Shown here: positions 1-15,110 of the stretch, piece by piece
Numbering within the stretch: the first letter of the stretch is position 1
Layout: the number at the start of each line of letters is the position of its first letter
DNA from: the human T2T-CHM13v2.0 reference genome, Homo sapiens
Strand: one strand, 5' to 3'
DNA length: 64,000 nt
Assembly: GCF_009914755.1 (NCBI RefSeq)
Contig: NC_060925.1
The notes under the pieces: generated by a model
Told to the model about the DNA's origin: nothing
The model's database searches: none
The model's input: only the letters and a program-made list of their open reading frames with translations
Position numbers and translations under genes: made by a program

Positions 1-183
1 GTCCTGGCCAGACCTTTTGTTTTCAGCTATCTAAATGCTTTTAATTAATTCATTGCCATCTATCTCATGCACCATTCCTAATGTTTCTATACCTCACTGA
101 CCTTATTATGTTTTCAAACTCTAATAACATTGTATTTATTTTTTAAATTTGGGAATTGCATAGAAACTTTCTTGTGTGCTTTC

Positions 184-276
184 ATATATATATATAAATA
201 TGTATGTATATATGTATACACATATATAGAAATATAGAAATATGTATGCACATGTATGTGTGTATATAGATATAGA
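184..276. repeat. TA/TG-rich low-complexity tract
   Basis: Interrupted (TA)n/(TG)n dinucleotides. Confidence 0.8.
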
Positions 277-306
277 GTTGATCTTCATCTATGTATATGC
301 ATACTT

Positions 307-515
307 GGGTGCACATGGACATATAGATGAAAGTAATAATCACTGCAGACTCCAAAATGGGGGTGGTTGAGTGGGGTGCAGGTTGAAAAATTACTTACTA
401 GATACAATGTCCAATATTTGGGTGATGGTGTACTAGAAACCCAATCCCCACAATTACGTATGTAATACCCATGTACCAAACAAGTACATGTACCCCCCAA
501 TGTAAAATAAAAGTT
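307..515 (+). mobile_element. L1PB-type LINE-1 3' UTR fragment
   Basis: gggtgcacatggacata...ggttgaaaaattac...gggtgatgg...catgtacccc...aaaataaaa resembles the L1PB 3' end. Confidence 0.8.
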
Positions 516-1550
516 AAAGAAGAAGTGTCATTTCTATATTTACCAAATGTATGTCTTAAATCAATGGATTAAAATTATTTTTACTTGTCCAAATTTACTC
601 GATCAATATATACAAGGCATTAATTTTTTTTAATTTATGTCAATTGAGTCAATTAATTCACTGGGTAACAATGACTTGGTTACCATTCACAACCTTCCAT
701 TCAAATGGCTTCTTGGCCACCACTGAAAGGGAGAAAGACTGAGACTCAAATTAAGAAAGAATTCATATTCTGATAAAGCTTTTCCTATTTTACATGATAT
801 TTTGATGCACTTTAAAAGAGTGAATCTCAAGCCTATTCTAAAGTGGTTAATTTTAAAGATGGATATCTGAAGCCAGCTCTAAAATAGAATTATGGCAATG
901 AAATAATAAGGCAATTATACATTGGCTGTATGCATATGTCTACATGTTCTTCACAAAATTGTTTCTTCTAAAAAAAGTAGGCACTTAATGAAATTCTTAG
1001 CTCAATCCACAATAACTTCATTGACAGAGTGGAGCTGTTAGAAAGACATAAGCATAGCCATTATAAGAAGCTGATGATTAATAACAACTTCTGTTGAATA
1101 CATAGTAGCTATTTATTGTGGTGCTAGCAGATGATTATATACTAAGCATATTGTAGAATGCTTCAGTATAAATTAGATGAATGGTTTTCTTGTTAAGAAT
1201 TTTAAAGGGCAAATAACGTTGACTATATTTATATAGCTAGAGGCCAATAAAACAGATTTTTTTGTTATTCAAACCCAAAGCTGACAAGATATTTTAAATG
1301 CACTGTATTTTTAGATGAACATGAAAATTTGGGGTCGAATCTCCTTTCATTAAGGCACCATAGACTTAACTTTTATGGCATGATATATTTCTGTCATAAA
1401 CAATAGAACTCACAAAATCTCTATATACATATTTAATAGGTCAAGCATGTGCTATACAAACCTACAAAATACCTTTCCATTTTCATTTTTTTAAGTGATA
1501 GTCTTTTCTTATCCTCCAAGGAAATGTTCCTTAATATAAACTTACAATAC

Positions 1551-1777
1551 ACCAGCCTGGCCAATGTGGTGAAACCTCGTCTCTACTGAAAATACACAAA
1601 TTATCCAGGCGTGGTGGTGCACGCTTGTAATCCCAGCTACTTTGGAAGCTGAGGCACGAGAATCATTTGAACACCAGAGGCAGAGGTTGCAGTGAGCCAA
1701 GATTGCACTACTGCCCTCTAGCCTGGGTGACAGAGTGAGACTCTGTCCCCAAAATAAGACAAACAAACAAACAAAAA
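1551..1777 (+). mobile_element. 5'-truncated AluS
   Basis: Starts at accagcctggcc; linker, right arm and A-rich tail present; TSD aaacttacaa at 1538-1547 and 1778-1787. Confidence 0.95.
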
Positions 1778-2896
1778 AAACTTACAACATAAATGGAGCG
1801 ATACATGCAACCACAAGCATTGATGTTTCCTTATAGGCAAAATAACAGCAATGTTTTTCATTTGTTTTGACAACTAAAGGCAAATGCTTTACAGACACTT
1901 TCTTTGTAAAGAGAAAAATAAAAACGTTGAAAGATTTGATTAAAATGTATTAACTCAACCTAATAACAAATTATTGTTAACATTTATATGCCCTGCATTC
2001 TCTTTTGATTATAAAATCCTTACCATTTTGAAGGAATTCAATGTGCTTTAAAATTCTCTTAAGGAAATCTTATTAGTAAAAACTCCACAGGAAAAGTACA
2101 CATGAATCCACAGAGTGAGCCCTATGAAAAACTATGACATACATTAAAAAAAAAAGAATAAATTTGTTTTTAAATCAGCCTTTGCTACCTTCCTATTTAC
2201 CAATTGGTTCTCCCATTTATTGTCCCAGTTTTCACAGATAGAGCACAATTTTTAAGATCAATTCCCTGTTGTTAGGAAGGCCTGACATCCTGGCAGCCCT
2301 ATTTGTAGCACTTCCACTGAGAGTTGGTCTATCCTGAAGCACTTCAGGCTGTAAACCAATCCCTTCACATGAAGTCACTGAATCTGGTTCTAGGTTGTGT
2401 AGATTGTCCCTTGAATCAGGCAGTCAGCAAAGAGGTCAATTATGGGCAGAAATCCATCCAACCTTCCAGTGCCAAGCCAGTGGTGCCCTGTTTTCATCCT
2501 CCTTCTGTTTCCTACCTCTTTTTTTCTAAGTAATGTCTCTCATACTTTTCTGAAATTTAATTTCTATAAAGTAACCATGTTTTGTGATCACTTAACAAGC
2601 TACATCTCCTGCTGAAAGCAGCAGCATTTTAATAGATAACTTCTGAAAACTTCCTTTAATATTCCAGAGAATCAAACCTACAAATAGTAAAATTTAAATA
2701 AAATTTTACTTAAAATTTTAAGTAAACTACCATGGCCATTTTTATATAGCTGTGGATACTGTAGAGTTACTGGTTATTGGTTACTGTTTTATTTTAAACA
2801 TACATAGACATAGACTGAACATATATTATTTCATTTATTATGAAAGAAAATTACTAAACTAACTCTTTATTTTAGCTTTAAGATAAAAGAAATAAA

Positions 2897-3193
2897 GGCC
2901 AGGTGCTGTGGCTCAAGCCTGTAATCCCAGCACTTTGGGAGGCTGAGGCAGGCGGATCATTGAGGTCAGGAGTTCCAGACCAGCCTGGCCAACATGGTGA
3001 AACCCCCTCTGCACTAAAAACACAAATATTAGAAGGGCGTGGTGGTGCGTGCCTGTAATCCTAGCTACTCGGAAGGCTGAGGCAGGAGAATCGCTTGAAC
3101 CCAGGGGGGCAGAAGTTGCAATGAGCTGAGATCATGCCACTGCACTCCAGGCTGGGTGACAGAGTGAAACTCTGTCTAAAAAAAAAAAAAAAA
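2897..3193 (+). mobile_element. AluS (Sx/Sz/Sq-like), full length
   Basis: ggccaggtg...tgaggtcaggagttc...both arms and poly(A). Confidence 0.97.
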
Positions 3194-4551
3194 TATGGTG
3201 GGGGGGAAATAAAATCATGAAAAATTAAAATAATCTGAGATGTTTAAATTCTAAATTCTTCCTGGGAAAAAGAATGTATCTGTGTTAATAAAGCATGACC
3301 ATCCTAACTGCTTTCATGCTAGTTATTTTTTTCTGTTTCCTTAAACTAATAGCCAATGTGTCCAAACATAGAGAGGAGAAACAATTCCTAAGTAAGGGGT
3401 CAAATTCCAGTAATATGTAGAAATGATACAGAAATTTTATTATGTTTACAAACCAAACAGAAAATTCATCTACTGCTTAATATTATTCTTACCAAATTGG
3501 ATGGAACCTAATTGTTGTAACAGTAGGTAGGCTGCGTACTTCTTTTCATTCTCACTAATGAACAATATTTAAATTGCTGAAATAGCTCCTGTCATTTTCC
3601 TGTTTATTTCTAACCTACTTTTCCTCTTATTACCATTAGAACACATATTGTTTAATTGAGTCTACTTTACTACTTGGTTCACCTTTGCCTTATGAGTTCC
3701 TTAGAAGGAGAAAACACTCTGTATTTTTGAACAGATGCTTCATTATGGGAGGTGAGTAGCTCAGTTACATTGCCATTTCACCTTTTTCCCCATGTCTGGC
3801 AGTTGTTGTATAGGCTGTTAATCAGCTTTAATAGCAGATGAGACCAGCCTCTTGCTCTAAAGGGCATGAAAACTTTTTTATTTGTCTCACTCTCTTCATG
3901 GTTCGTTAAGTACAATGTAGAGTCATTTTACTGCAGCTAGTGGACTCCAAAAGGACCTGACAGTTAAATGAAAGTTGTCAGTCTTCCTTCTCTTTTAGCT
4001 AGATTGGGTAATAAAAGGGCAGAACCTGGAAGCGAAAACCAAAAGTGAGATCATGTGCCAAACAAATAAAATAAATGTAATGAGTTCTTGCAAAATGAAG
4101 GAGAAGAACGCAGGAGTATTTAACTGTCTAGACAAATAGAGGCCAGTGGTAATAAATCTATAATGAATGGCTTTAATAAATACAACTGTGTTTTGCATAA
4201 TAGATAAGTGGAATGCTTGTGGTCTACAATTTACCAAGAAGAATTCTTATAAGGTGCAATGGAAAAATAGCATTTAAGTAAAGAAATTGCTGAGAAATTG
4301 TTAACAATTGTAGTTTATTCTACATGAGAAATTTAAGGAATTAGAAATTGTTGATATTTATCTATTCTTACTCAAAAGAAGACGTGTACTTCCACTTAAT
4401 TAACTTTTCACTTTTAAAGTAAAGTTCCAATGATTAGTCATTGTTGTGCCCACAAATGAAGAAATTCAGCTTCAATTAGGAAGCATTTTCTTGCTTCTTT
4501 TAGTGTTTCTGAATAAAACATCAGAATTTGTTTTAAAAAATTACTGTGCAA

Positions 4552-4988
4552 ACTATTCACAATAGCAAAGACTTGGAACCAACCCAAATGTCCAACAATG
4601 ATAGACTGGATTAAGAAAATGTGGCACATATACACCATGGAATACTATGCAGCCATAAAAAATTATGAGTTCATGTCCTTTGTAGGGACATGGATGAAGC
4701 TGGAAACCATCATTCTCAGCAAACTATCCCAAGGACAAAAAAACAAACACCGCATGTTCTCACTCATAGGTGGGAATTGAACAATGAGAACACATGGACA
4801 CAGGAAGGGGAACATCACACAACGGGGCCTGTTGTGGGGTGCGGGGAGCGGCGAGGGATAGCATTAGGAGATATACCTAATGTTAAATGACGAGTTGATG
4901 GGTGCAGCACACCAACATGGCACATGTATACATATGTAACTAAACCTGCACATTGTGCACATGTACCCTAAAATTTAAAGTATAATAA
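4552..4988 (+). mobile_element. L1PA (about PA3-PA4) 3' end, 5'-truncated
   Basis: ORF2 C-terminus (IDWIKKMWHIYTMEYYAAIK...HRMFSLIGGN, ORF 4598-4780) plus 3' UTR; TSD aaaaaattactgtgcaa(a) at 4535-4552 and 4989-5006. Confidence 0.97.
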
Positions 4989-6881
4989 AAAAAATTACTG
5001 TGCAAAAATTTTATAAAGAATGTATAAATGTCCATATATGATTCTTGTTCCTATATTCTAAAATTTAGGATAGATTTTACCCTACAGTTAAGAAAAGTCC
5101 TCTGAAGCCTCCCACACCAAATTATAATTAATTACACAACTTGACCTTTGTTTTTTGAGAAGGATCCAGATTTTATAATTTACTTTGTAAGCTTTGAAGC
5201 TTGAAGTGGTTACTATCTAATATTTGCATTGCTGGAGGAAGAAAGGGGATAAGACAGAATTTACATTAATGCTTCTACTATTTTTGGGGGGGAAAACAAA
5301 GCAGAAGAAAACTGAAACAAAGTGATTAGAGGGTTAGAAGACAAAGAAGGTAAAGGTAGTAAGTGATAAGAAAGAAGTTTTGAATAAGATTTGTCAATAT
5401 TTTTAGTTTTCAAGGTGGTCAAAATGATAAGGAGTTCTGAAAGGACATTTGATTATTAATGCCTTAAGATATACCTATAACCCACAAGAAAAGTCATAAA
5501 AACTAACAAAAGAGATCATATAACCTGTATATTTTTTGGAATTCACAAAATGATCGTTAAAAATACCAGTTTAGGAGCATCTGTCAGCATATAAAGAATT
5601 AATAGATGCCAAGAAAGAGTAATTAGTCAATATGTCTAAGTGGTCTAAGATTTTCAGTGAATGGTAACAAAGTGTGCATAGCAATAGAAAAAAAATAAGT
5701 GAATGAAACAAAGCATAAAAGGTTTGAGGTCACCATGTAAATGTCACATTCAAATTTGTTAAATAGTCAGATAACTGGGAAGACAAATGTTACGAGTTAT
5801 TTGAAAATAAATCAGAGACTTTTTCTATAGGTAAAAATAAATTATATACTCTGTACTGAAGGAGTATATCTCCCCACTTTTCATCTTCTGTAGCTGAAAT
5901 GCTGTGTTAATAAGAAAAGCTACAAAATGACCTGGGTATTGGTAGGGTTAAAGGATAAAAAAAACACATTATATACCTTCCAGGGAAGGAACTCATTGAA
6001 ATGGGTAATTGTTATTCATATTTAAAAAGAAAAGAACATATATTTTGGGCTATATGTACTTAAGCAGTTAAAGAAAACATAAATTATTAAAACATTAAAA
6101 ATGCCATTAAATTGATAAGAAGTGTTAATTTGAGCTAGTTCAACCTTATAAATCACTTCCTGAAAAACATCTACAGTAAGAGCTGCATCATAAGACTAAA
6201 TTATACAGAGTCAGATGAAGCATAAAGGAAGATGTATGATTTGTCACGTAGATGTTAAGTGCCTATAAGAAAGCATGATGGTTTAAAAAATTTATCCCAA
6301 AGAAAATTGTTCATGGAATATCATAAGGTGGTTTGAGCTATTAACTTCTATAAAGGCTTTACAGTTGTATCTATATTTTGTACTGACTTTAAATTTTACG
6401 TCCTCAACCCACCCTAGTACAGACTGTATATATATATGTATATATAAAATACAAAATATCTTCTGTAAAAATAAAAATTCTGTGTATACTTGCCTTCCTG
6501 GAGTTATGTCAAGAAATTTTTTAATATGTTATTTCTTAGATAAGTTTTTAAGTTTACAGAAAAATGCCAAAAATTTTTAAGGAGCAGATTTGCAACTTAT
6601 AAACAGTCAGTAATATGTAATCACAGCTGGGTTGTTTTTGTGTTTGTGTGGGAAAGAAATAAACAGATACATAAATCTAACTCATGCAATTTCTAAAGTG
6701 AATCAAAATAATTTTACAAGTGATATCAAGGGAAGGAATACAATTTTGTGATTAAAGTATAGTATTTTAAATAAATTTCAATCTGTTATGAGATTTTTAA
6801 ATTATAATTTTATTAAGACTTACTCAAGTTTCAAGAAAAACTTAGCCAGGTGCAATTTCCCTTTCAATATTTTGCTCTCAC

Positions 6882-6974
6882 CTGTAAAACTTGAGTGGTT
6901 GCGTTTTGGGAAGGTCTGGAGCAAAAGAGAATGGGAAAGGGTCTTCTCCGACCAACTCCAAACATTATTACTGC
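6882..6974 (-). other. Candidate 93-nt internal exon of an unidentified minus-strand transcript
   Basis: Minus strand: ttctctttgatttattttttcttctcctag|GCAGTAAT...GTTTTACAG|gtgaga; long polypyrimidine tract, consensus donor, non-repetitive. Confidence 0.55.
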
Positions 6975-7419
6975 CTAGGAGAAGAAAAAATAAATCAAAG
7001 AGAACTAGCATTTTTTGAATCTCTTTATGTTTACATTATTCTTCAAGATCAAAAAATCACTAAAAATCTGATGATAACCCCCAACTCCTCATTAAAGTTG
7101 TGTTTGTTAAAATCATTATGATTCTACTTACTGCTAAAACCTGGGGGCACTACATAGTGTTTGTTATATTCAGAGTATCAAAATGATTTAAGTTTTAATC
7201 TCCCCCTTTTATGCTATTTATTTATAAATGTTGTTTATTCCTCCTAAAACTCTTGATTCCTCTGTTTTCATAGCACTACATGCTCCTGTTATCCTTTCCT
7301 AAATACCAGACTTTACGTGTTTTGCAGACTTTCCCCTCTTCCCACCTCACAAAATATACTAAATCCCAACCATTATTTATATTCAGAATGAATATATTTC
7401 AACAGAGACTAGTTTACAG

Positions 7420-7835
7420 TCCCAGTCATCTAAACCTGTTCCCAGCTTCACATGACCCATGGAAACTAAAACTGAACTCTGAATTTTCTTCCTCAATACT
7501 TTGCACCGCCCTATCTTTCCTTCTCAGAAAATGGGACCATCAATCATCCAGTAGTTTCTGTGAATCTTGGCAATAATCCCTTCACCCTTTCTATTTTTCC
7601 CATTTTCAGTTTGCCTATAGGCCTTACACTGTAGCATACACTCCCTTAATATATATCAAATCAATGAATTTACTTCCTTCTGTTTCCCCTTATTCCAAAT
7701 GGTCATCCTGTCTAATCTTTATTATTGCAATACCTTTTCAACTGGTCTCTACTTCCACTCTGGCCTCCAATCCACTCTCCATGTATTAGTAAGAATGAGA
7801 TTCATTAACAAATGAAATCACATCATGTTACTCCT
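7420..7835 (+). mobile_element. L2 fragment
   Basis: attattgcaatacc...actggtctctacttccactctggcc...atcacatcatgttactcc resembles the L2 3' region. Confidence 0.7.
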
Positions 7836-8217
7836 AAAAGTGAAAAGAAAATAAGTAAGAGACATAGGGAGAATAAATGGAAAAATCAGTACATCGTATA
7901 TTTGCTTTTATTTCTGCTTGCACACTTGCCAATATTTCCCCCCAACCTACTCTCCTTCCTTCAAAATCTTGCTATACACAGGAAATAACAATCAATATAT
8001 GCTAACATTTTGGCTTTTTTCCTGAAGCTTTGAGGCACTTTGTCTTTGAAGCAATTCCAATTTATGTTCCAAATGTTTTGCTAAAAAATAAAAGAGATAT
8101 TCAGTGTCCCAATCAGCTATATCTGTTTTCTCATTGTCTTCCACTGGACCACTAAACCAATGCCACAAACATTATATTTGTGTTATGGCAATAACTAAGT
8201 TCAAAATTCAATTTTTA

Positions 8218-8610
8218 TATTAGTAGGTATAACACTAATGTTTGTAACAAATAAACTAAAAACAGATAATGACTGAAATCATATAAAAGTTTATTTCTCA
8301 ATAACATAAAAGTCAAAGGAGGGATTTTCCTAGTATGTGAGGATTTCATCTACCAGCTGCTTCAGGGACTCAGATCTTTCTTTCATTTTTTTGAGGATTG
8401 TTCATCTTCTGAGAAGTTATAATCTGAACCAGATAGCACAACAAGAAAGATATATAGCATCAAATCTAATTACCAGCCTTGGGCTAGAAAAGTTACACAT
8501 GATTTCAACTCACACTCCACTGGAGGAAACTCAGCCCCATGATCCCAACTACTACAAGGTTGTCTTGAATTTGTGCAGTTACTCAGTGCCAAATGAATGG
8601 AGGGGTTAAG
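8218..8610 (-). mobile_element. Old MLT1 (J/K/L-like) LTR fragment
   Basis: tattagtagg...tgtaacaaataaac...aagtttatttctc...cataaaagtc resembles the reverse complement of an old MLT1 end. Confidence 0.45.
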
Positions 8611-8625
8611 AAAGAATAAGTAAAG

Positions 8626-8886
<261 letters not shown>

Positions 8887-9049
8887 AATAAGTAAAGTTT
8901 TTGTCTGAAAAGGCTAGTAATCACTTAAACAAGAAAGGTATAATGTAATTTCTAAAAGTTAAAAATGCAGTTTTATAATTTACATTCTAATATAGGGAAG
9001 ACATCCTCCCAGGGGGATAAATGTAACAACAAAAAACATCAAGAAAGAA

Positions 9050-9200
9050 GAGAAAGTAAAACATGAGAAGATGGGAAAAATATGAAGCATGAAAAGATAT
9101 ACTAAATCTGAATATATCAGTTGTTACAGTAAATCTAATTGTGCAAAATTTTCCAATTAAAAGACAAGTTTATATGACTGGATTTAAACATAAATACACA

Positions 9201-9242
<42 letters not shown>

Positions 9243-10610
9243 CCCAATCAAATTATAAGCTGTTAGGAGCAATCACACTTAAAACCTAAAGATACAGAAA
9301 AGTTGAAAACAAAACAAGATAAAAGTAATATGAAACTGAAATAGCAAAAAAGAGCTGTCGTATCTATTTTAATACTAAAAAAAGAATATTATAGTGAAAG
9401 CATATTTACAAATAGGAAATTTGAGGGATAAAATGCATAATTCTATGCTTTTTAATCTAAATTTATAACCATAAAAAATTTAAAACTATAAATATGTAAT
9501 ATTTTAATAGTATTATACAGGCTTGAATTGAAGGATATATTTGAAATAATGTACTCCACAAGTGAAGAATTCCCATTAGTTAAAGTCCATATAGATCATT
9601 TAAAAAGGATTATATATTGGAACAAAAGATAATCTCAAATAATTTCAAAGGATTTAAATTATACATATTCTCGGATATTATTACATTTTTGATATATAAA
9701 TATTAAAACATAACTAGAATATTTTCATGTATTTGGGAATTTTTATTTTGAGATGAAATTCTCAATAACTCATGGAGCATTAAAGCAATCATAAAGAGAA
9801 TTAGAAAATACTGTATACTTAGTTATAATAAAGATATGTGAATACATTTTTAAACTGTATTCAAGAGAATTTTTAGCCTTGAATGAAATTATTAAAAAAT
9901 AAGCCTGAAAACTTAATGAGATAAGCATTAATTTTCTAAAGTAATAATAAAAGAAGAAAAAGCAACATGATCCTCCAAAAATAATGTAATAAAGTAATAA
10001 CATTATTCATAAAATAATAAGTTTAAGAGGGAAACTTATCAAATACAAAAATATGTAGTAAAGTGATTCAGCAGCAAATAGTTAGATTTGAAAAGATAAA
10101 GAGTTGATAAACTTATGGCAAGACCAATAATAATAAAGGGAAAATGAACAAATAATCAATATTTGAAGTTACAAAGGTAAATACTCCACAAATAATACAA
10201 AATAAAAAGAAAACTATGTATAAATTTATGCCAATAAATTAGAAACACCTTTCTAATTTTATTTAAATTGATATTTTAATTGAAATAAATGTTATTGCAA
10301 TAAGTCTACCAAAATTGACACAAGAAGAAATGTAAAATACAAATAATCCAATTACTATCAACTAGGAATAAGGATTAGAATATAAAAAAATTTATTAGTC
10401 TAATAAAAGGTGACTATAGAAAGCCTACAACAACAAACATCTCAGTGTGGAAATACAGAATACCTTTTCTTTAAAATAGAGAACAGTACAAATTTATCCT
10501 TTTACCTATCTCATAAAATAATGTAAGAGAATGTTAAAAGGATTAGAAATGAAGAAACTAAATTGTCATTATGTGCAGATAATACGATTGTGAACATACA
10601 AAATTAATAT
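9050..10610 (+). mobile_element. Old L1M ORF2 remnant (endonuclease to RT, internally deleted)
   Basis: aatatatcagttgttacagtaaat...ccaattaaaagaca and aattgtcattatgtgcagataatacgattg resemble L1 ORF2; strongly A-rich. Confidence 0.8.
9207..9241. repeat. (CA)n microsatellite
   Basis: About 17 perfect AC units. Confidence 0.97.
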
Positions 10611-10614
10611 ACAG

Positions 10615-11782
<1,168 letters not shown>

Positions 11783-12079
11783 AATATATATGAGAATAAA
11801 GAATTATATACCCTGGGTTTATGAGAGCTTTGTAAACAACAATGGGAATACAGTATTTTTTTTTCTATTTGGACATTGTTTCTTCTATAGATACTTGCCT
11901 TAGAAATGCAGGATTTACTAATCCCTGGATCTTTTGGGCAATGTCATCAAATTCCTAAAACAAACGAACAAACACACCTAAACTTATCCCTAATTCGAAC
12001 CAGATACCTACACTTAGATTTGTTTATTTTTTCAGAGTATTTCAAGTCATCTTACTTGTCTTCATGAAAACAACATATA

Positions 12080-12545
12080 TGTAAATCCACTTTCTAAAAC
12101 TGCAGCCAGATAAACTTTTTAAATGACTGGTTTGGATATGTTACTTCTATGCAAGCAAATTCCTCCCTCTGATTCCATTTGCATTACTTGTGGTATAGTA
12201 AATTCAATCCTCTGGACCGTGGCTTACATTGCCCTGCATGGTATAGTTCTTGCTCAACTGTCCAGCCTTACCTCTCTGCACTCTTCTGCACAAACCTCCC
12301 AACACCGTCAACTGTTTGAATGTCTGAAAACCACAGTGTTCTTTGTGATTATCATGCTTTTGCAAATGTTATCCCCATTGCTGGAACATTTCTCTCCTTC
12401 TACACTTCTTACCTACCTAATTTCCACTCATTTTCCAGATTTCTCCTTACAGATCTTTTCCTTCAGAAAGCCTTCCCTGAATCCCCAAAACCTGATTAGG
12501 ACACCCATCTATTAATTGTCTTTTCATAGCATTTGCCGTATTTTA
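12080..12545 (+). mobile_element. L2 fragment
   Basis: ctgcagccaga...gccctgcatgg...ttcagaaagccttccctga. Confidence 0.7.
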
Positions 12546-12659
12546 GTTGTCTTTTACTTGTCTACGTCCACCACTATGTTATAGCCATTGGATCTTACTG
12601 TGATATTCTCAGAGTTTAGCTTAGAGCTTGGCTTACATAGTAGACAATACATTTTTCCA

Positions 12660-12855
12660 GAAGGGGGAAAGAAGGGAGGAAGAAAGGAAGGGAGGGAGGG
12701 AAGGAGGAGGAAAGGAAGGAAAAAAAGAAGAATGGAACAGAGGAATGAGAGAAAAAAAAGAGAAATGGAGGAAGGAAGGAGGCGAGTGAGGGAAGGAGGC
12801 AAGAAGGTAGGCAGGGAGGGAGTGAGGAAGAAAGAAACAAAAAAGTAAAGGAAGA
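12660..12855. repeat. GA-rich low-complexity tract
   Basis: About 195 bp polypurine; source of the spurious ORFs at 12554-12860. Confidence 0.9.
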
Positions 12856-12878
12856 AACATGCTAGGAATACATTAAGG

Positions 12879-13066
12879 CAGTAGTTGACAATCTTTCTCT
12901 AAATGTTTAGAGTAAATATTGTAGATTTGGTGAGCCACAAGATCTGTCCCAACTATTCAACTCTGCCATTGTGGCACAAAAGTATGTCATGTTCCAATAA
13001 AACTGTGTTTACAAAAATATGTACCAGGATGGATTTGGCCTGAGAGCCCTGGTTTGCTGGCCACGG
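12879..13066 (+). mobile_element. MER58A-like hAT-Charlie element, internally deleted
   Basis: caactattcaactctgccattgtggc, tgttccaataaaact, ggatttggcc; 8-bp TSD cattaagg (12871-12878) / cattaggg (13067-13074). Confidence 0.85.
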
Positions 13067-13114
13067 CATTAGGGGCTTTATTTACCTTATTTTAATTAAT
13101 TATAACAATAACTT

Positions 13115-13185
13115 TTTGAGAACAATGAGTCCAAGAAGAGAATGTAATTTGTCCAAAGCCACAGCCACTAAGTGATGAAGTCCTA
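13115..13185 (-). mobile_element. MIR core fragment
   Basis: taatttgtccaaagccacagccactaagtg. Confidence 0.55.
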
Positions 13186-13977
13186 GGTTACCTTACTGCC
13201 ACAGAGAAGACAGTAGAGAAAATGAGAGTCAGAGTACAATGGAATATCTACTTTTGTTATATCTTTGTTACAAATTAGAAAGCTTCAGGATAACAAGATT
13301 TGCTCAAATTCCTATAGATAGTATTTAAACTTAGTTCTTATTGACTGAAGATCTCAAGTTCTTGTTGGCACATGCAGATTTTATTGAATTAAAATACATT
13401 ATTTCTGAATTTCCTGCTATTTTAAAAACTGTTGATCTGAAGACGCTTTCATAACAATTCAAAATTTCAACTTATCTCCTATTGTTCTTCCTTTTGTTCC
13501 TTTTAATAGAAAATACCAAATAAATTAATAATTTATTCCAGGAAACTAGGTTACCAATAAATATTGCTTAACTTGAACGTTTTTGCAAAATATAGCCATA
13601 CTGTCTAGCATTCAGGAATACAAACAAGCAAAAAGCAGGAACATACATTTTATCACTCTTATGCATAGGTACAGAGATTTTATATTTGTGAGGACAGAAT
13701 CTAGAGGAAGAGTATACATTTTTAATTGGAATTATGTGTCCATGCCAGTGAATTAAAAAAAGTATGAATATAGGCACTGAATAATAAAGCTAAACAGTAT
13801 CAAAATAGAATTTGTGCTAAACCTATTACTGTAAATTTTACGCAGTGTCTTTCAGGTTCCACTGACATGACATCCATCAATTTGTAAAAGTGAAACAGTG
13901 TTGAAATCAATAGCTTAGTAATCCAATATAATGAACAAGTACTCTAGGAACTTGTAAGGACCTGGACGTGTTGAACT

Positions 13978-14110
13978 TGAGTCATCAAACTTTTAAAAGT
14001 CTTAGGACTGAATCTTCCCATTACTATATTTAGGACTTTGGACAATTAATTTACTCTAAATTTTGTTTTCCTAATCTATGAAAAAGGAATGGTTACAGGT
14101 TGTAAAGTTC
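13978..14110 (+). mobile_element. MIR fragment
   Basis: gactttggacaattaattta...gttttcctaatctatgaaaaagg. Confidence 0.55.
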
Positions 14111-14874
14111 AAATGCTGTTAGAATAGCAATATCAGCTGAATCCACTAATTCCATCATTTTCTAGCTATGTTAAAGAAGCTAAATTTTTTATGTTTGTCC
14201 ATCAGTTTGATTTTGGCTAAAGACCATAGTACATTAATTACTAATGATGTAAATTGACTGGCAGATGATAACAAAATTTCACATCCTGTGCTGAAGTCTT
14301 TGGAGCAAAGCTTTGTAAACAGAATCGATAGTTTTATTAGTAAAAAAAATGAGATATTGGCATATGAACATAACACTACTACCAAGTTGGCTGGAGGGTG
14401 GAGGGAATGAATCTTCACATGAATCAGAATATAGTTGAGGATAGAGACACTGTATTATATTATTTTTGCAACTAATGGGAAAATCTGGGTTAAGAGTAAA
14501 GCCCGTGGTCAGGAGAAAGAGCAATGTTAATGATGACCTACAGCAAGGTTATATTAATAGAAGTAATGGGCTATGTAGACTGACCTAGCCAGTCACAGAT
14601 AATTGAATAAATATATTCATATATTATACATATATAATATATAGCCAAATAAATATTTAAGTGCAATGAAATTTTACCGTATACTCATGTAAGTAAGACC
14701 TTGATTTCACATTTGCTAGATAATACAGTGTAAAATGCAACCTAGTTCAAAGAGATTTGTTTGTAATCTTGACATTGCTATTAGTTATATGGTTTTATTT
14801 ATATGGCTAATTGTGATTAAGTGTAAGTACTTTGTCTTGAGCACTGTTAACTAAGAAATTTGAACTAAGTAATA

Positions 14875-15110
14875 TTAATATAATTGTGTGTTTAATCAAT
14901 GCTAAAAACCTTGTTAAACACTTGACATGCATTATCTCCTTTTACTTATTAAAACAACTGGCATCACATATATGCCTTAATTACCCCTTTTTATTGTTGA
15001 ACCAACTGAGGGTTATGGAGCTGAATTTCCTTGCCTGATGCCACGCTGCTAGTATTAAAGCACAGGCATTCTGACTGCCAACCCCAAACTCTTAACCATC
15101 ATACTATATT
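14875..15110 (-). mobile_element. MIR
   Basis: cacttgacatgcattatctc...aactgagg...cttgcctga...ctgactgcca...tcttaacca. Confidence 0.7.

Noticed and set aside
3720-3760. + strand 17-nt micro-exon pattern gaacag|ATG...GAG|gtgagt
   Set aside because: Short pyrimidine tract, frame-shifting length and no supporting context
5400-6300. Possible very old CR1/L3-like sequence
   Set aside because: Only vague similarity; needs an HMM search
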